The notes beneath the pieces were generated by a model. That model made no database searches. It saw only the letters and a list, made by a program, of their open reading frames with translations, and was not told the DNA's origin. 64,000 nt of DNA, from assembly GCA_963779755.1 (NCBI GenBank), contig CAVZZO010000003.1:64001-128000 (forward strand), read 5' to 3'. Positions within the stretch are counted from its first letter, which is position 1, and each line of letters starts with the position of its first letter. Below, in pieces: positions 44,105 to 54,761 of the stretch. The stretch is from an uncultured Gemmatimonadales bacterium. Lineage in GTDB: Bacteria; Gemmatimonadota; Gemmatimonadetes; Gemmatimonadales; GWC2-71-9. Made by a program: the position numbers and the translations under genes.

Positions 44105-45370
44105 ATGCTCCAGAGCGTCGATGTCGGCGAGCTCGCACTGCGGTCGTATGACGGCATCGCCCCCGCGGATATTCTGGACCAGTTGCGGGCGGCCGCGGAG
44201 CCGCTGCGGGGACTGCGCGTCCTGCACCTGAACGCTACCCGGTATGGCGGCGGCGTTTCGGAGTTGCTGCTCTCGGTCGTCCCGCTCCTGCGCGACCTGG
44301 GAATCGATGCCGAGTGGCAGGTGATCACCGCGGAGCCCGAGTTCTTCCAGGTCACCAAGACCATTCACAACGGCCTCCAGGGCGGGGCGGTCGCGCTGTC
44401 GCCGGAGGACCGGGCGCTCTTTCAGGCCACGGCCGAGAGCAACGCCTCGCGGCTGGAGGGCACCTGGGACGTCATCGTCTGCCACGACCCCCAGCCCGCC
44501 GCGCTTGCCCGGCTGGCCCGCTCGCGTGCCACCCGCTGGATCTGGCGCTGCCATATCGACACCTCGCATCCCCAGCCGGCCATCTGGGAATTCCTGCGCA
44601 CCTTCGTCGCGGCGTATGACGCCGCGATATTTACCCTTCGCGATTTCGTCCCGCCCGACTTTCCCTTCGAACCGGTGGACGTGATCGCCCCGGCCATCGA
44701 CCCGCTCAGCCCCAAGAACCTCGATCTGCCGCCCAGCCTGGCCCGCCAGCTGCTCAACTGGGTCGGCGTGCGGCTGGACCATCCGTTAATTACCCAGGTG
44801 GCGCGCTTCGATCCCTGGAAAGATCCCATGGGTGTGATCGCCGCCTACCGCCTGGTGCGGGAGGAGCTGCCGGACCTGCAGCTGGCGCTGGCTGGCTCCA
44901 TGGCCCTGGATGATCCCGAGGGTTGGGAGATCTACCGTCAGATCCGGGAAGAAGCCCGTGCCGACCCGCTGATCCATGTCTTCAGTAATCTCACCGGCGT
45001 AAGCAACGTCGAGGTGAACGCCTTCCAGCGCCTCTCCAACGTGGTGGTGCAGAAATCGATCCGGGAAGGCTTTGGCCTGGTGGTCTCGGAGGCGCTCTGG
45101 AAGGGCACACCCGTGGTGGCGGGCCGCGCCGGGGGGATCCCGCTCCAGATGGCGGGCGGCGTGGGCGGGTTCCTGGTGGATGGCGTCGAAGAGTGCGCCT
45201 CGGCCGTGCTCCGGCTGCTCCAGGAGCCCGAGATGGCGCGGGAGCTGGCGGAGCAGGGACGCGCCCGGGTGCGCGAGCGCTTCCTGCTGCCCAGGCTGCT
45301 GCGCGACGAAATCCTCCTGCTCCAGCGCCTCGCGGCCGGCATCCCGGCGCGGACCGCGGAACCGGCGTGA
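44105..45370 (+). CDS. treT: GT4 glycosyltransferase, trehalose synthase TreT-like
   Basis: [53 protein letters not shown]. Confidence 0.82.
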   Translation: MLQSVDVGELALRSYDGIAPADILDQLRAAAEPLRGLRVLHLNATRYGGGVSELLLSVVPLLRDLGIDAEWQVITAEPEFFQVTKTIHNGLQGGAVALSPEDRALFQATAESNASRLEGTWDVIVCHDPQPAALARLARSRATRWIWRCHIDTSHPQPAIWEFLRTFVAAYDAAIFTLRDFVPPDFPFEPVDVIAPAIDPLSPKNLDLPPSLARQLLNWVGVRLDHPLITQVARFDPWKDPMGVIAAYRLVREELPDLQLALAGSMALDDPEGWEIYRQIREEARADPLIHVFSNLTGVSNVEVNAFQRLSNVVVQKSIREGFGLVVSEALWKGTPVVAGRAGGIPLQMAGGVGGFLVDGVEECASAVLRLLQEPEMARELAEQGRARVRERFLLPRLLRDEILLLQRLAAGIPARTAEPA

Positions 45371-46800
45371 GCGGCGGCCGAACGGCCAGCATCGGGCGGG
45401 TCACCGGGCTGGCAGTGATGGTACTGCTCCTGCTGCTCCCTCCGCCGGCGGACATGCCCCTCGTCGCCTGGCATGCGGCGGCCGTGGGGGTGCTGATGGC
45501 GATCTGGTGGGTGACCGAGGCAATTCCCATCTCCGCCACCGCCCTGGTGCCGCTGGTACTCTTCCCGCCGCTGCATATCGCGCCCATCGGCGATGCCGCG
45601 TCGCCCTACGCCAATCCGATCATCTTCCTGTTCCTGGGCGGGTTCATGATCGCGGCGGCGCTGGCCCGATGCGGCCTGCACCGGCGCATGGCGCTGACCA
45701 TCATCGCACGCGTGGGCACCGAGCCCGCCCGGCTGGTGGGCGGGTTCATGCTGGCCACCGCGGCGCTGAGCCTCTGGGTCAGCAATACCGCGACTGTGGT
45801 CATGCTGTTGCCCATGGCCGAGGCGGTGATCGAGCTGGTGGAGCAGGGAGGCGGAGCGGACGGCGGCGACCCGGGTTTTGCGACGGCCCTGCTGCTGGGC
45901 CTGGCCTATGCCGCGAGCATCGGCGGCATGGGCACGCTCATCGGGACCCCGCCCAACGCGCTCCTCGCCGGTTTTCTCCAGCAGAGCTATGGAATCCACA
46001 TCGGTTTTGCCCGGTGGATGCTGCTGGGCATTCCGCTGGTCGCGGTCGGTCTGCCGCTCTGCTGGCTGCTCCTGACCCGGGTCCTCTTCCGCTTCCGGCT
46101 CGCGGAGATCCCGGGTGGCGCGACGTTCGTCCGCCGCCAGCTGGCCGACCTGGGACGGCCCTCGCGGGCCGAGATCACCGCCGGGCTCATCACGGCCGCG
46201 ACGGCACTCGCCTGGGTCACCAGTCCCCTGCTGGAGAAAGTGGTCCCCGGCATCTCCGACGCCGGGATCGCGCTGGCAGGCGCGCTGCTCCTCTTCCTGG
46301 TGCCGGTGGCGCCGGGGCGCGCCTCCCTGATGTGGAAGGATGTCCGGGGGATCCCCTGGGGCGTCCTGCTGCTCTTCGGCGGGGGCCTCTCGCTGGCGGC
46401 GGCCATTCAGCAGACCGGGCTGGCCACCTGGCTGGGCCACGCCATGGCGGGCACGTCCGGGTGGCCCGTCCCGCTGGTGGTGGCGGCGGTAACGGCGCTG
46501 GTCGTCTTTCTCACCGAGCTCACCAGCAACACTGCCACCGCCGCCGCGTTTCTCCCGGTGGTGGGATCGCTGGCCATCGCGCTGGGCGAGCCCCCGCTGA
46601 CGCTGGCCATTCCGGCGGCGCTGGCCGCCAGCTGCGCGTTCATGCTGCCGGTCGCCACCCCGCCCAACGCGCTGGTCTACGGCAGCGAGCGGCTGACCAT
46701 CCCCCAGATGGCGCGGGCCGGGTTCTTCCTCAACCTGCTGTTCATCGCACTCATTACGGTCGCGGCGCTGTTCCTCGTGCCGGTCGTGCTGAGTCGCTAG
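45367..46800 (+). CDS. DASS/SLC13 anion symporter
   Basis: [13 protein letters not shown] twice, [16 protein letters not shown]. Confidence 0.9.
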   Translation: MSGGRTASIGRVTGLAVMVLLLLLPPPADMPLVAWHAAAVGVLMAIWWVTEAIPISATALVPLVLFPPLHIAPIGDAASPYANPIIFLFLGGFMIAAALARCGLHRRMALTIIARVGTEPARLVGGFMLATAALSLWVSNTATVVMLLPMAEAVIELVEQGGGADGGDPGFATALLLGLAYAASIGGMGTLIGTPPNALLAGFLQQSYGIHIGFARWMLLGIPLVAVGLPLCWLLLTRVLFRFRLAEIPGGATFVRRQLADLGRPSRAEITAGLITAATALAWVTSPLLEKVVPGISDAGIALAGALLLFLVPVAPGRASLMWKDVRGIPWGVLLLFGGGLSLAAAIQQTGLATWLGHAMAGTSGWPVPLVVAAVTALVVFLTELTSNTATAAAFLPVVGSLAIALGEPPLTLAIPAALAASCAFMLPVATPPNALVYGSERLTIPQMARAGFFLNLLFIALITVAALFLVPVVLSR

Positions 46801-46834
46801 TCGCTGCCTGTGCCTGATGACCAGCGCCTGCGAG

Positions 46835-48520
46835 CTAACGACTCCCTTGCAGGACATCCATCCCCTGCTCGAACACGACGTCCACCGGGATGCCCGCTGT
46901 GGCCAGGCGGTCGAGATCATGCTGCAGGCCGGGATCCAGCGTGCCGTACCGGTCCACAAACGCCTTGACCCCCTGGTAGTCGCCGTTGCCCTGAAAGACC
47001 AGGATCTGGTCTGACAGGGAGTCCACGGCGGTCTTCATCCGGTCGAAATCCACCCGGTATGTCCCGGTGGCGGAATCCCGGGTGAAGGCGCCCATGCGCT
47101 CGAAGAAATTGAACCGCACCAGGTTCGCGCGCCCGTGCGCGTCGGCGGCCCCGAAGCGCACCGACCGGAAGATGGAGGCGAGGAAGGTCACATAGTTTTT
47201 CCGGATGTCCTCGCCCGGCAGCTCCCCCGTCTGGTTGAGGCGGGTCACCATCCACAGGCCGAGCACATCGGCCTTTCCTTCTTCCAGGGCGCCGGCCTGC
47301 TCCTTCAGCGCTTCGCGCACCGTGCCCCGGCCATTGACCGTGTTCTTGATCCCCAGCCCGTGCGCCACCTCGTGGAACATGGTGTTCTCGAAGAAGGCAT
47401 CAAACGAGATGAGCTCGCGCTGGTCGGGGGCGATCAGCCGGTCGGCGATCGGCACCAGGATGCTGTCGAACTTGGCCCGCATGGCATTCTTGAGCTGCAG
47501 CCGGCGGGTGCCCTTCCGGAGCTGAACCTCTTCGTCGTTGGGCAGGTTGATGGCGATGGTCTTGGCGCCGGCATTGGCCTGGCCGGCGTAGAACACCGCG
47601 TCGTAGGCGTTGAGATCGGAATCGGTCCCGGGCTTCTCCTGCTTGTACCTCGCTCCCACCGGGAGGGCCCGCTGGAGGGCGGGGAGCATGCTCGCGTAGC
47701 GCGCCAGGCGCCGGCTCCAGGCCTTGTCCTTCACCAGGACATAGGCTTCGTGCGCGGCCTTGTAGCCGAAGAGCTGGTCCTCATAAGTCTCGATCGGACC
47801 GATCACCACGTCGAGCCCGTTGTTCTTCATGTCGAGCCAGGCAACGTCGCTGGCCCGGTAGTCGTCGCTGCGGAGCGCCTGCGCCCGCAACGTGAGGTAC
47901 TGCCGCAGGCCGGGATCGTCGGCCAGCCTGGCCGCCGCCTCCAACCGGCCGGCGGCCCGCTCCGTCGCGGCAGGGAAGGCAACATGATAGGGGACCGCCA
48001 CCAGCGCCCCGGCCGAATCGCGCCGGACCAGCGTGTAGAGACTCTTCAGGCTGTCCGCCTGCGCGGAGGTGGCATCCAGCGCGCTCTCGAACTGCTGCTT
48101 CGTCATGCCGGCGGGATAGAAATTGGCGCCCGGCGGCTTGGGCCCTACCCCCGGCACGAAGGGCGAATCCGACGCCAGCCGGTCCCAGGGCCCGTAGTTG
48201 ATTTCGGCGTACCGGCGCATGGCACTGTCGCCGCCGATGGCCTGCAGCAGGCTGTCGGGAATACCATAGGCTTCCCGCCAGTAGATCGTGTCCATCTCCC
48301 GTGCCGCATCGATCAGAAGCGGCAGCATCCGGCGCTCACTGGCGCTGAGCTGCGAGAGATCGGTCGTGAGGCGGACCGTCGTGTACTGCTCGAGACGCTG
48401 GGGGAGATTCATGGAATCGGTGGCAGAGGCCTGCTGGCCGGTGGGCCGCTCCTGCCGGCAGCCGGAGACCAGCGCCAAGGCCACGCAGGCAATGGTTGGC
48501 AGGGTGAGCTGGGCCTTCAT
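46835..48520 (-). CDS. Dipeptidyl-peptidase III-like (M49) zinc hydrolase, lipoprotein
   Basis: Lipobox VSGC; ETYED, NLPND, HEVAH, EEGKAD. Confidence 0.82.
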   Translation of the reverse strand: MKAQLTLPTIACVALALVSGCRQERPTGQQASATDSMNLPQRLEQYTTVRLTTDLSQLSASERRMLPLLIDAAREMDTIYWREAYGIPDSLLQAIGGDSAMRRYAEINYGPWDRLASDSPFVPGVGPKPPGANFYPAGMTKQQFESALDATSAQADSLKSLYTLVRRDSAGALVAVPYHVAFPAATERAAGRLEAAARLADDPGLRQYLTLRAQALRSDDYRASDVAWLDMKNNGLDVVIGPIETYEDQLFGYKAAHEAYVLVKDKAWSRRLARYASMLPALQRALPVGARYKQEKPGTDSDLNAYDAVFYAGQANAGAKTIAINLPNDEEVQLRKGTRRLQLKNAMRAKFDSILVPIADRLIAPDQRELISFDAFFENTMFHEVAHGLGIKNTVNGRGTVREALKEQAGALEEGKADVLGLWMVTRLNQTGELPGEDIRKNYVTFLASIFRSVRFGAADAHGRANLVRFNFFERMGAFTRDSATGTYRVDFDRMKTAVDSLSDQILVFQGNGDYQGVKAFVDRYGTLDPGLQHDLDRLATAGIPVDVVFEQGMDVLQGSR

Positions 48521-48691
48521 ACCGGGCTCCTGAAAAGAGGAAAGCTGCACCAGCGGGAACCTGCGCAACATACCCTCTCTCCCTCATACTTGCAGGACGC
48601 CTCTTCCGGTGGCGTGCAAGGCCTCGCAGGCTGTCAGCAGGAATGCTGTAACAGACTACCTGGCATGCGCTTAGGTGTGCTCATTCAAATC

Positions 48692-48706
48692 TGGCACATG
48701 GGTTGC
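48692..48706 (+). promoter_or_regulatory. sigma54 promoter of the pilin gene
   Basis: TGGCAC-ATGGG-TTGC, an exact -24/-12 consensus, 54 nt upstream of the ATG. Confidence 0.82.
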
Positions 48707-48760
48707 CCTATTCATCGGCGTCATGCCGCTCTCTGGTCCGAATTCTCGGGAGTCAGTGCA

Positions 48761-49171
48761 ATGAACCGCAGGGGCTTCACACTCATCGAACTGCTCATTG
48801 TGGTGGTGATCATCGGGATCCTGGCGGCCATCGCCATCCCGAAGTTCGCCAACACCAAGTCGAAGGCTATCCTGGCGGGCATGCGCAGCGACCTGCGGAA
48901 CCTGGTGACCGCGCAGGAAGGTTACTACTTCGATTACGCTACCTACGCTTCGGCTGTGGGGCCGGTGCAGGGTCCCGGCGTCGTCAGCGCCACCATCACG
49001 CAGGGAAACGTGCTCGCTCCCCTCACTAATGTTACGGTCAATGGCTACACCGCCGTACTGACCAATCCCGCCCTGACGGTTGCGCCCACCTCTTGCGGCG
49101 TCTACATCGGGCCGGCAGCCAACTCGCCCAATCCGGCGGTCCTGCAGGAGGGCTCCCCGGCCTGCTGGTAG
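48761..49171 (+). CDS. Type IVa pilin
   Basis: MNRRG/FTLIELLIVVVIIGILAAIAIP prepilin motif; two C-terminal Cys. Confidence 0.92.
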   Translation: MNRRGFTLIELLIVVVIIGILAAIAIPKFANTKSKAILAGMRSDLRNLVTAQEGYYFDYATYASAVGPVQGPGVVSATITQGNVLAPLTNVTVNGYTAVLTNPALTVAPTSCGVYIGPAANSPNPAVLQEGSPACW

Positions 49172-49203
49172 CCCAAGGCACTGGAAGTCACGAACCGGGA
49201 ATG

Positions 49204-49234
49204 AGGGGAGGCGGGCGCCTCCCCTTTCACTTTT
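49204..49234 (+). terminator. Intrinsic terminator after the pilin gene
   Basis: AGGGGAGGC/GCCTCCCCT stem followed by TTCACTTTT. Confidence 0.7.
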
Positions 49235-49281
49235 GCCCCCACCACGTTTCCCTTCGTTCCTGATTCCACCCCGTTGCCGCC

Positions 49282-50424
49282 ATGCGCTCCGCCGCTCGCC
49301 ACACATTGCTGGCCCTCGCCTGCCTCGGCATCGGGGGCACCCCGCCTTCCTCCACTCATGTGGGCCCGCGGGTGGTCCCCGTCTACATGGTCCCGTCGGA
49401 CATGGTGCCCGATACCGCAGGGATACGCCTCGTCCTCCAGGCGCTCCCCGCGGTGCGGGCGTGGTACGGGCGAGCGCTGCACGGCCCCACCTACCTCGAT
49501 GATCCACTGACGATCCAGGTGTCCCGCCACAGCTTTGCGGAGTTCGCCGCCGACAGCTTCCAGGCCTGGTGGACGCTGCTGCAGCGGGAATTCCAGGCCT
49601 ATGGGCTGGACTGGGAAGACGCCGATACCAAGCTTCTGTTCATTGCGCACGGTGCCGGCGCATGGGCCGGCTCGGACAGCCGCAACGGCGGAATCGATTC
49701 CACCGCCGAAGCGGGCCTGGTCCCCGATGGAGATTCGGGCGGCATCGCCGTGGTGGGCGACAGTACCGTGGAGGGCTACCTGGCGGGCGTCTGCCCCGAC
49801 AGCGGCCGGACCGGCACCGCCTGGTGGTGCAGCTGGTACACCTTCGAGGGCACCCTGGCACACGAGCTGGGGCATACCTTCGGCCTCCCCCATCCCGATG
49901 CCTTCCGGAAAGGCTTCCGCTGCGCCGACAGCACCGCCTGGACCAATATGCAGTGCCACTGGGGGTTCCCTTTCGACACGCTGCTGCCCTACGAGCAGAA
50001 ACACCTGCGCAGCCTCCGGTTCTTCCGCGGGCGGTCCGATCCGCCCTATCGCATGCTCACCAGCCGCCTCCCCGCCGGGGGGCGGGTGCGCTCCATCCGT
50101 TTCCTGGACGGCGACGGCCTCCTCTGGATGGACGGTTGGGGCGGGGGTACCGGCTATCCCTGGGGCACCGTGGTCCGCGTGCGCGCTTCCTGGCGCCTTC
50201 ACCCGGAGGACAGCCTCTTCGCCGCGGATATCGGGCTGCCGCGGGGCCAGCACTCGCGGACCACGGTGCGAATCGAGCTCGACGGCATCCCGGTCTACCA
50301 GCGGAGCCTTTCCCCGGGCGACCCGCCGCTGCCACTGGTGCTTGTCCTGGGCAGCGCCCGACGTCTCACCATCAGAAGCAGCCGGGAGGTGGGGGTGGGG
50401 AACGGGAGACTGGTAGCGCGGTAG
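49282..50424 (+). CDS. Exported metzincin-type metallopeptidase with C-terminal beta domain (NPCBM-like)
   Basis: HELGHTFGLPH (HExxHxxGxxH) with a downstream Met; C-terminal FAADIGL..VRIELDG. Confidence 0.72.
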   Translation: MRSAARHTLLALACLGIGGTPPSSTHVGPRVVPVYMVPSDMVPDTAGIRLVLQALPAVRAWYGRALHGPTYLDDPLTIQVSRHSFAEFAADSFQAWWTLLQREFQAYGLDWEDADTKLLFIAHGAGAWAGSDSRNGGIDSTAEAGLVPDGDSGGIAVVGDSTVEGYLAGVCPDSGRTGTAWWCSWYTFEGTLAHELGHTFGLPHPDAFRKGFRCADSTAWTNMQCHWGFPFDTLLPYEQKHLRSLRFFRGRSDPPYRMLTSRLPAGGRVRSIRFLDGDGLLWMDGWGGGTGYPWGTVVRVRASWRLHPEDSLFAADIGLPRGQHSRTTVRIELDGIPVYQRSLSPGDPPLPLVLVLGSARRLTIRSSREVGVGNGRLVAR

Positions 50425-50552
50425 GGACGGGTATCGAGGGGCCCATTTCACAAACCGCCTCACCTCCTTGCATTTAAACCGTTTCCCTGCAATCTTTTGT
50501 GCCCCTAGCCGGGGGGCCATTTCGGCCTCCCGTGTTTTGTCTGGGTCGAGGC

Positions 50553-51830
50553 ATGATCAAGGTTGCCGCCGTATATCCCGAATCGCTCGGCTCGGAGTTG
50601 GGCCTCACCGCCGGCACCGAGCTGCTGTCGGTCAACGGGCGCCCGCTGGAAGATTTTCTGGACTGGGAGTTCCTCACCGCGGACGACCAGTTCCTGCTGC
50701 ACGTGCGGCAGCCCGACGGCGAAGAGATCGAATTCGATATCGAGCGCCCGGAGGCCCTCCCCATGGGAGTGGAGCTGGAGCCGCCTCGTATCCGCCGCTG
50801 TGCCAACCGGTGTGATTTCTGTTTCGTGGACGGGCTGCCGCAGGGCCTGCGCACCACCCTGTATATCCGCGACGACGACTACCGACTCTCCTTCAAGTAC
50901 GGCAACTTCGCCACCCTGACCAATCTCAAGGACCGCGACCTGGCGCGCATCGTAGAGTACCGGCTCTCGCCGCTCTACGTCTCGGTCCACGCCACCGATC
51001 CCGTTGTCCGGCGCTGGCTGCTCAGGAACCCGACCGCGCCCGATGTGCTGGAGCAGCTCCGCTACTTCGCCGGCCACGGCATCCGGTTTCATACCCAGGT
51101 GGTCATGTCCCCCGGCGTAAACGACGGCCCCGTGCTGGTCCGCACCCTGGACGACCTGTACGCTCTGGGGGGGCCCGTGCTTTCGGTCTCCGTCGTTCCG
51201 GTGGGTCTCACCGAGTTCAGCCGGCACGATCGGGCCCGCGAGCCCACCCGGGAAGAATGCCGGGCGGCGGTCGCCGTGGTCGAAGCGGCGGCGGAGCGGG
51301 CCGGCCGGGAGCGGGGAGCCACCTGGGCCTACGGCGCCGACGAGCTCTATCTCCGGGCGGGGCTGGAGCTCCCGCCCGCCGAGGTCTACGGCGACTTCGA
51401 GCAACAGGAGAACGGCGTCGGCGCGGTGCGCTACCTGCAGCGGCAGATCGCCGCCTCGGCCGGCGACTGGCGCGGCTGGGCGGGCAAGCGCATCGCGGTA
51501 GTGACCGGGCTCTCCATGGGAGCGCTCATGCCCCAGGTGCTCGAGCCCCTGGCGGCCGCCAGCGGGGCCAGTTTCGAGTTGCTGTCCATCACCAATTCGC
51601 TCTTCGGCGAGTCGGTCACCTGTGCCGGCCTCCTTCCGGGCGCCGATTTTCAGGCGGCCCTGGCCGACCGCACCGATCTCGACCTGGCGCTGCTCCCCGC
51701 CGAGGCGCTGAACGACCACGGACTGTTCATGGACGACCTCTCGCTGGACCAGCTGGCGCGGGCGGTGCCTGTCGAGGTGCGGCCCTCCTACCGCTTCACC
51801 GACGCCCTGGACCTGCCGGTCGGCCCATGA
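50553..51830 (+). CDS. PDZ + radical-SAM-type + DUF512 protein
   Basis: PDZ-like N-terminus, CANRCDFCF, LYIRDDDYRLSF, ENGVG. Confidence 0.85.
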   Translation: MIKVAAVYPESLGSELGLTAGTELLSVNGRPLEDFLDWEFLTADDQFLLHVRQPDGEEIEFDIERPEALPMGVELEPPRIRRCANRCDFCFVDGLPQGLRTTLYIRDDDYRLSFKYGNFATLTNLKDRDLARIVEYRLSPLYVSVHATDPVVRRWLLRNPTAPDVLEQLRYFAGHGIRFHTQVVMSPGVNDGPVLVRTLDDLYALGGPVLSVSVVPVGLTEFSRHDRAREPTREECRAAVAVVEAAAERAGRERGATWAYGADELYLRAGLELPPAEVYGDFEQQENGVGAVRYLQRQIAASAGDWRGWAGKRIAVVTGLSMGALMPQVLEPLAAASGASFELLSITNSLFGESVTCAGLLPGADFQAALADRTDLDLALLPAEALNDHGLFMDDLSLDQLARAVPVEVRPSYRFTDALDLPVGP

Positions 51831-53149
51831 GCAAACCCACAGTCGCGATCGTCGGCCGCCCCAATGTGGGAAAGTCTACGCTGTTCAACCGCCTGCTGGG
51901 CGGCCGCAAGGCCATTGTCGCCGATCAGCCCGGCACCACCCGCGACCGCCACTTCGGCGCCGGCGACTGGAACGGGCGCTCCTTCTGGGTGGTGGATACC
52001 GGAGGCCTGGTGCCCGACTCCCCGGTGGCGCTCGACCGGGCCATCCGTCGCCAGGTAGAGCTGGCGCTGGCCGAAGCCGATCTGATCCTCTTCGTCGTGG
52101 ATGGGCAGCAGGGCCTCACCCCGGTCGACCGCGAAATCGCCGCCCACCTGCGCAAGACCAGCCGGCCCGTGCTGCTGGCTGTGAACAAACTGGACGATCT
52201 CCCGGACACCAGCGCCCAGTATCAGTTCTATGAGCTGGGCCTGGGCGATCCCGTGGCCGTCTCCGCCGCGGTGGGAAAGGGCAGCGGCGATCTGCTGGAT
52301 GAAGTCGTCGCCCGGCTGCCGGAGGGATTCGGGGCGGAACCGGAGGAACAGATCAACGTCGCAGTGGTGGGTCGTCCCAATGTAGGAAAGTCATCCATCA
52401 TCAACCGGCTGTTGGGACACGACCGCCACCTGGTGGCGCCGGAGGCTGGTACCACGCGGGATGCGATCGACTCCCCCTTGCGCTATCATGGCAAATTACT
52501 CAACTTCATTGATACAGCAGGTTTACGGCGCAGATCTAAAGTAGAAGATGACGTAGAGTTCTACTCGACGCTTCGCACCGAGCGGGCGATCGAGCGTGCG
52601 GAAGTCTGCGTGCTGGTGGTCGATGCCACCCTGGGGATCCATGCTCAGGATCTTCGCATCGCCACGCAGGCCTGGGAGCGGGGCTGCGGGCTCATCGTGG
52701 TGGTGAACAAGTGGGATCTGATCGAAGAGAAAGGTCCCAATACCGCTGTCGCGGGCGAACGGGAGATTACCGACCGCGTGCCCTATCTCCGCTACGTCCC
52801 GTTCCTCTACACCTCGGCCGAATCGGGCCAGCGGGTGCACAAGCTGCTCGAGCTCATCGTGTCCGTCGCGCAGGTCCGACAGGAGCGCATCCCGACCGCG
52901 GAGGTCAACCGGGTTCTGCAGGAGCTGCTGCAGCGTACCGCGCCCCCGCAGAAACCGGGAGAGGAGGTCAAGCTGCTCTACGCCTCACAGATCGGCACCG
53001 CCCCCCCCACGTTCGCCATTGTCTCCAACCGGCCGCACGACGTGCCGGAAGCATACGAACGCTACCTGGTGCACGGTTTCCGTCAGGCCTGGAGCTTCGA
53101 GGGCGCCCCCTTGCGGATCAAGTTCACCCGGCGGGGGAGCCGGCAATGA
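51827..53149 (+). CDS. der: Ribosome biogenesis GTPase Der
   Basis: Two GRPNVGKS G-domains, GTTRD, DTGG/DTAG, KH-like C-terminus. Confidence 0.95.
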   Translation: MSKPTVAIVGRPNVGKSTLFNRLLGGRKAIVADQPGTTRDRHFGAGDWNGRSFWVVDTGGLVPDSPVALDRAIRRQVELALAEADLILFVVDGQQGLTPVDREIAAHLRKTSRPVLLAVNKLDDLPDTSAQYQFYELGLGDPVAVSAAVGKGSGDLLDEVVARLPEGFGAEPEEQINVAVVGRPNVGKSSIINRLLGHDRHLVAPEAGTTRDAIDSPLRYHGKLLNFIDTAGLRRRSKVEDDVEFYSTLRTERAIERAEVCVLVVDATLGIHAQDLRIATQAWERGCGLIVVVNKWDLIEEKGPNTAVAGEREITDRVPYLRYVPFLYTSAESGQRVHKLLELIVSVAQVRQERIPTAEVNRVLQELLQRTAPPQKPGEEVKLLYASQIGTAPPTFAIVSNRPHDVPEAYERYLVHGFRQAWSFEGAPLRIKFTRRGSRQ

Positions 53150-53769
53150 CCGTGCAGGCGGCCGGCTGGCTGGTGGCTTCCTATTTCCTGGGGGCAATCC
53201 CCACCAGTTACATGGTGGCTCGCTCCCTGGGCGGCGTCGACCTGCGGGAGCAGGGCAGCAGGAATCTCGGCGCCACCAATCTGTACCGGGTCATGGGATG
53301 GCGCTACGCCATCCCGGTGGCGCTGTTCGACGTCGCCAAGGGCGCCCTGCCCGTGGTGTTCTTCGGCCCGCTGGTGCCGGCGATCCCGCTTTTTCCCGTG
53401 CTCTGCGGGCTGGCGGCCGTGGTGGGGCACGTCTTCTCCGTGTTCGTGCGATTCCGGGGCGGCAAGGGCGTCGCCACGGCCGCCGGCGTGATGCTGGGCC
53501 TCGCTCCCTGGGCGCTCCTCGCCATGCTGGTGGTCTGGGCGGTTGTCGTGAAGCTCACCGGCTACGTCTCGCTGGGCAGCGTGCTGGCCGCCGCTCTCTT
53601 CCCGCTGGCGGCAGTAATTCTGCACGGGGCGCATGGCGCGCTGCTCGGCATCTATATCGCACTGGCGGCCTTTCTGGTGTGGAAGCATCGGGCCAACATC
53701 CAGCGGCTCCTGCAGGGCAGGGAGAATCGTTTCGGCAGCCGCAAGCCGGTGGAGCACCGGCCGGGATGA
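53146..53769 (+). CDS. plsY: Glycerol-3-phosphate acyltransferase
   Basis: GSRNLGATN, DVAKG, FRGGKGVAT, KHRANIQRL. Confidence 0.94.
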   Translation: MTVQAAGWLVASYFLGAIPTSYMVARSLGGVDLREQGSRNLGATNLYRVMGWRYAIPVALFDVAKGALPVVFFGPLVPAIPLFPVLCGLAAVVGHVFSVFVRFRGGKGVATAAGVMLGLAPWALLAMLVVWAVVVKLTGYVSLGSVLAAALFPLAAVILHGAHGALLGIYIALAAFLVWKHRANIQRLLQGRENRFGSRKPVEHRPG

Positions 53770-54761
53770 CGGTCGCCGTCCTGGGCGCGGGCAGCTGGGG
53801 CACGACGCTGGCGGCCTTGCTGGCCGCCAAGGGAGAGTCGGTTCGCCTCTGGGCCCACGAACCCGAAGTGGTGGACGCGATCAACCGCAACCGGGAGAAC
53901 CCGCTCTTCGCGCCCGGACTCCGCCTGCCCGATTCGCTCTGCGCGGTGGCCGACCCGGCGCGGGCGGTCGAGGGGGCGCCCGTCGTGCTGTCGGTGGTGC
54001 CCAGCCAGTTTGTCGGCCGGGTGGTCGGCGGGCTGCGCGAGGTGGTCGCCGATGGCGCCCTGGTAGTGAGCGCCACCAAGGGCATCGAGACCGCTTCGCT
54101 CAAGCTGATGTCCCAGGTGCTGCGGGAGGCCTTGCCCACGGCCCGGCTCGCCATTCTGAGCGGGCCCAGCTTCGCCGAGGAAGTGCAGCAGGAGCAGCCC
54201 ACGGCGGTGGTGGCCGCCGCGGCCGAGCTGGCCGACGCCGAGGAGGCACAGCGGATCTTCGCCACGCCGCGATTCCGGGTCTACACCAACCTGGACATGG
54301 TCGGTGTCGAGCTGGGCGGCGCGCTGAAGAACGTGATTGCCATCGCCGCCGGGATCCTCGAGGGCCTGGGTCTCGGCAACAATCCCCGCGCGGCTCTGAT
54401 CACCCGGGGCCTGGCCGAGATGACCCGGCTGGGCAGTGCGATGGGGGCCGACCCGCTGACCTTCGCCGGGCTGGCCGGCATGGGCGACCTGATCCTCACC
54501 ACCTGCGGCAATCTGAGCCGCAACCGCGCGCTGGGGCTGGCGCTGGCGCAGGGGCAGACGCTGGGAGCCTACACGGCCTCCCACCGCACCGTGGCGGAGG
54601 GCGTCTCTACCGCGCAGGCGGCGGTGCGGCTGGGCCAGCGTACCGGAGTGGAGCTGCCGATCGCGGAACAGGTACATGCGGTGCTTTTCGAGGGCAAGGC
54701 GCCGGGACGGGCGGTGGAGGATCTGATGGAACGCACTCTCAAGCCGGAGCAGTGGCGATGA
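53766..54761 (+). CDS. gpsA: NAD(P)H glycerol-3-phosphate dehydrogenase
   Basis: GAGSWGT, SATKG, LSGPSFA, GGALKN, GMGDLILT..SRN. Confidence 0.95.
   Translation: MTVAVLGAGSWGTTLAALLAAKGESVRLWAHEPEVVDAINRNRENPLFAPGLRLPDSLCAVADPARAVEGAPVVLSVVPSQFVGRVVGGLREVVADGALVVSATKGIETASLKLMSQVLREALPTARLAILSGPSFAEEVQQEQPTAVVAAAAELADAEEAQRIFATPRFRVYTNLDMVGVELGGALKNVIAIAAGILEGLGLGNNPRAALITRGLAEMTRLGSAMGADPLTFAGLAGMGDLILTTCGNLSRNRALGLALAQGQTLGAYTASHRTVAEGVSTAQAAVRLGQRTGVELPIAEQVHAVLFEGKAPGRAVEDLMERTLKPEQWR

Noticed and set aside
48761..49171. Electrically conductive pilin
   Set aside because: Has F1, F24 and a Y50-Y57 cluster but lacks aromatics at 27 and 32; only 10 of 131 mature residues are aromatic
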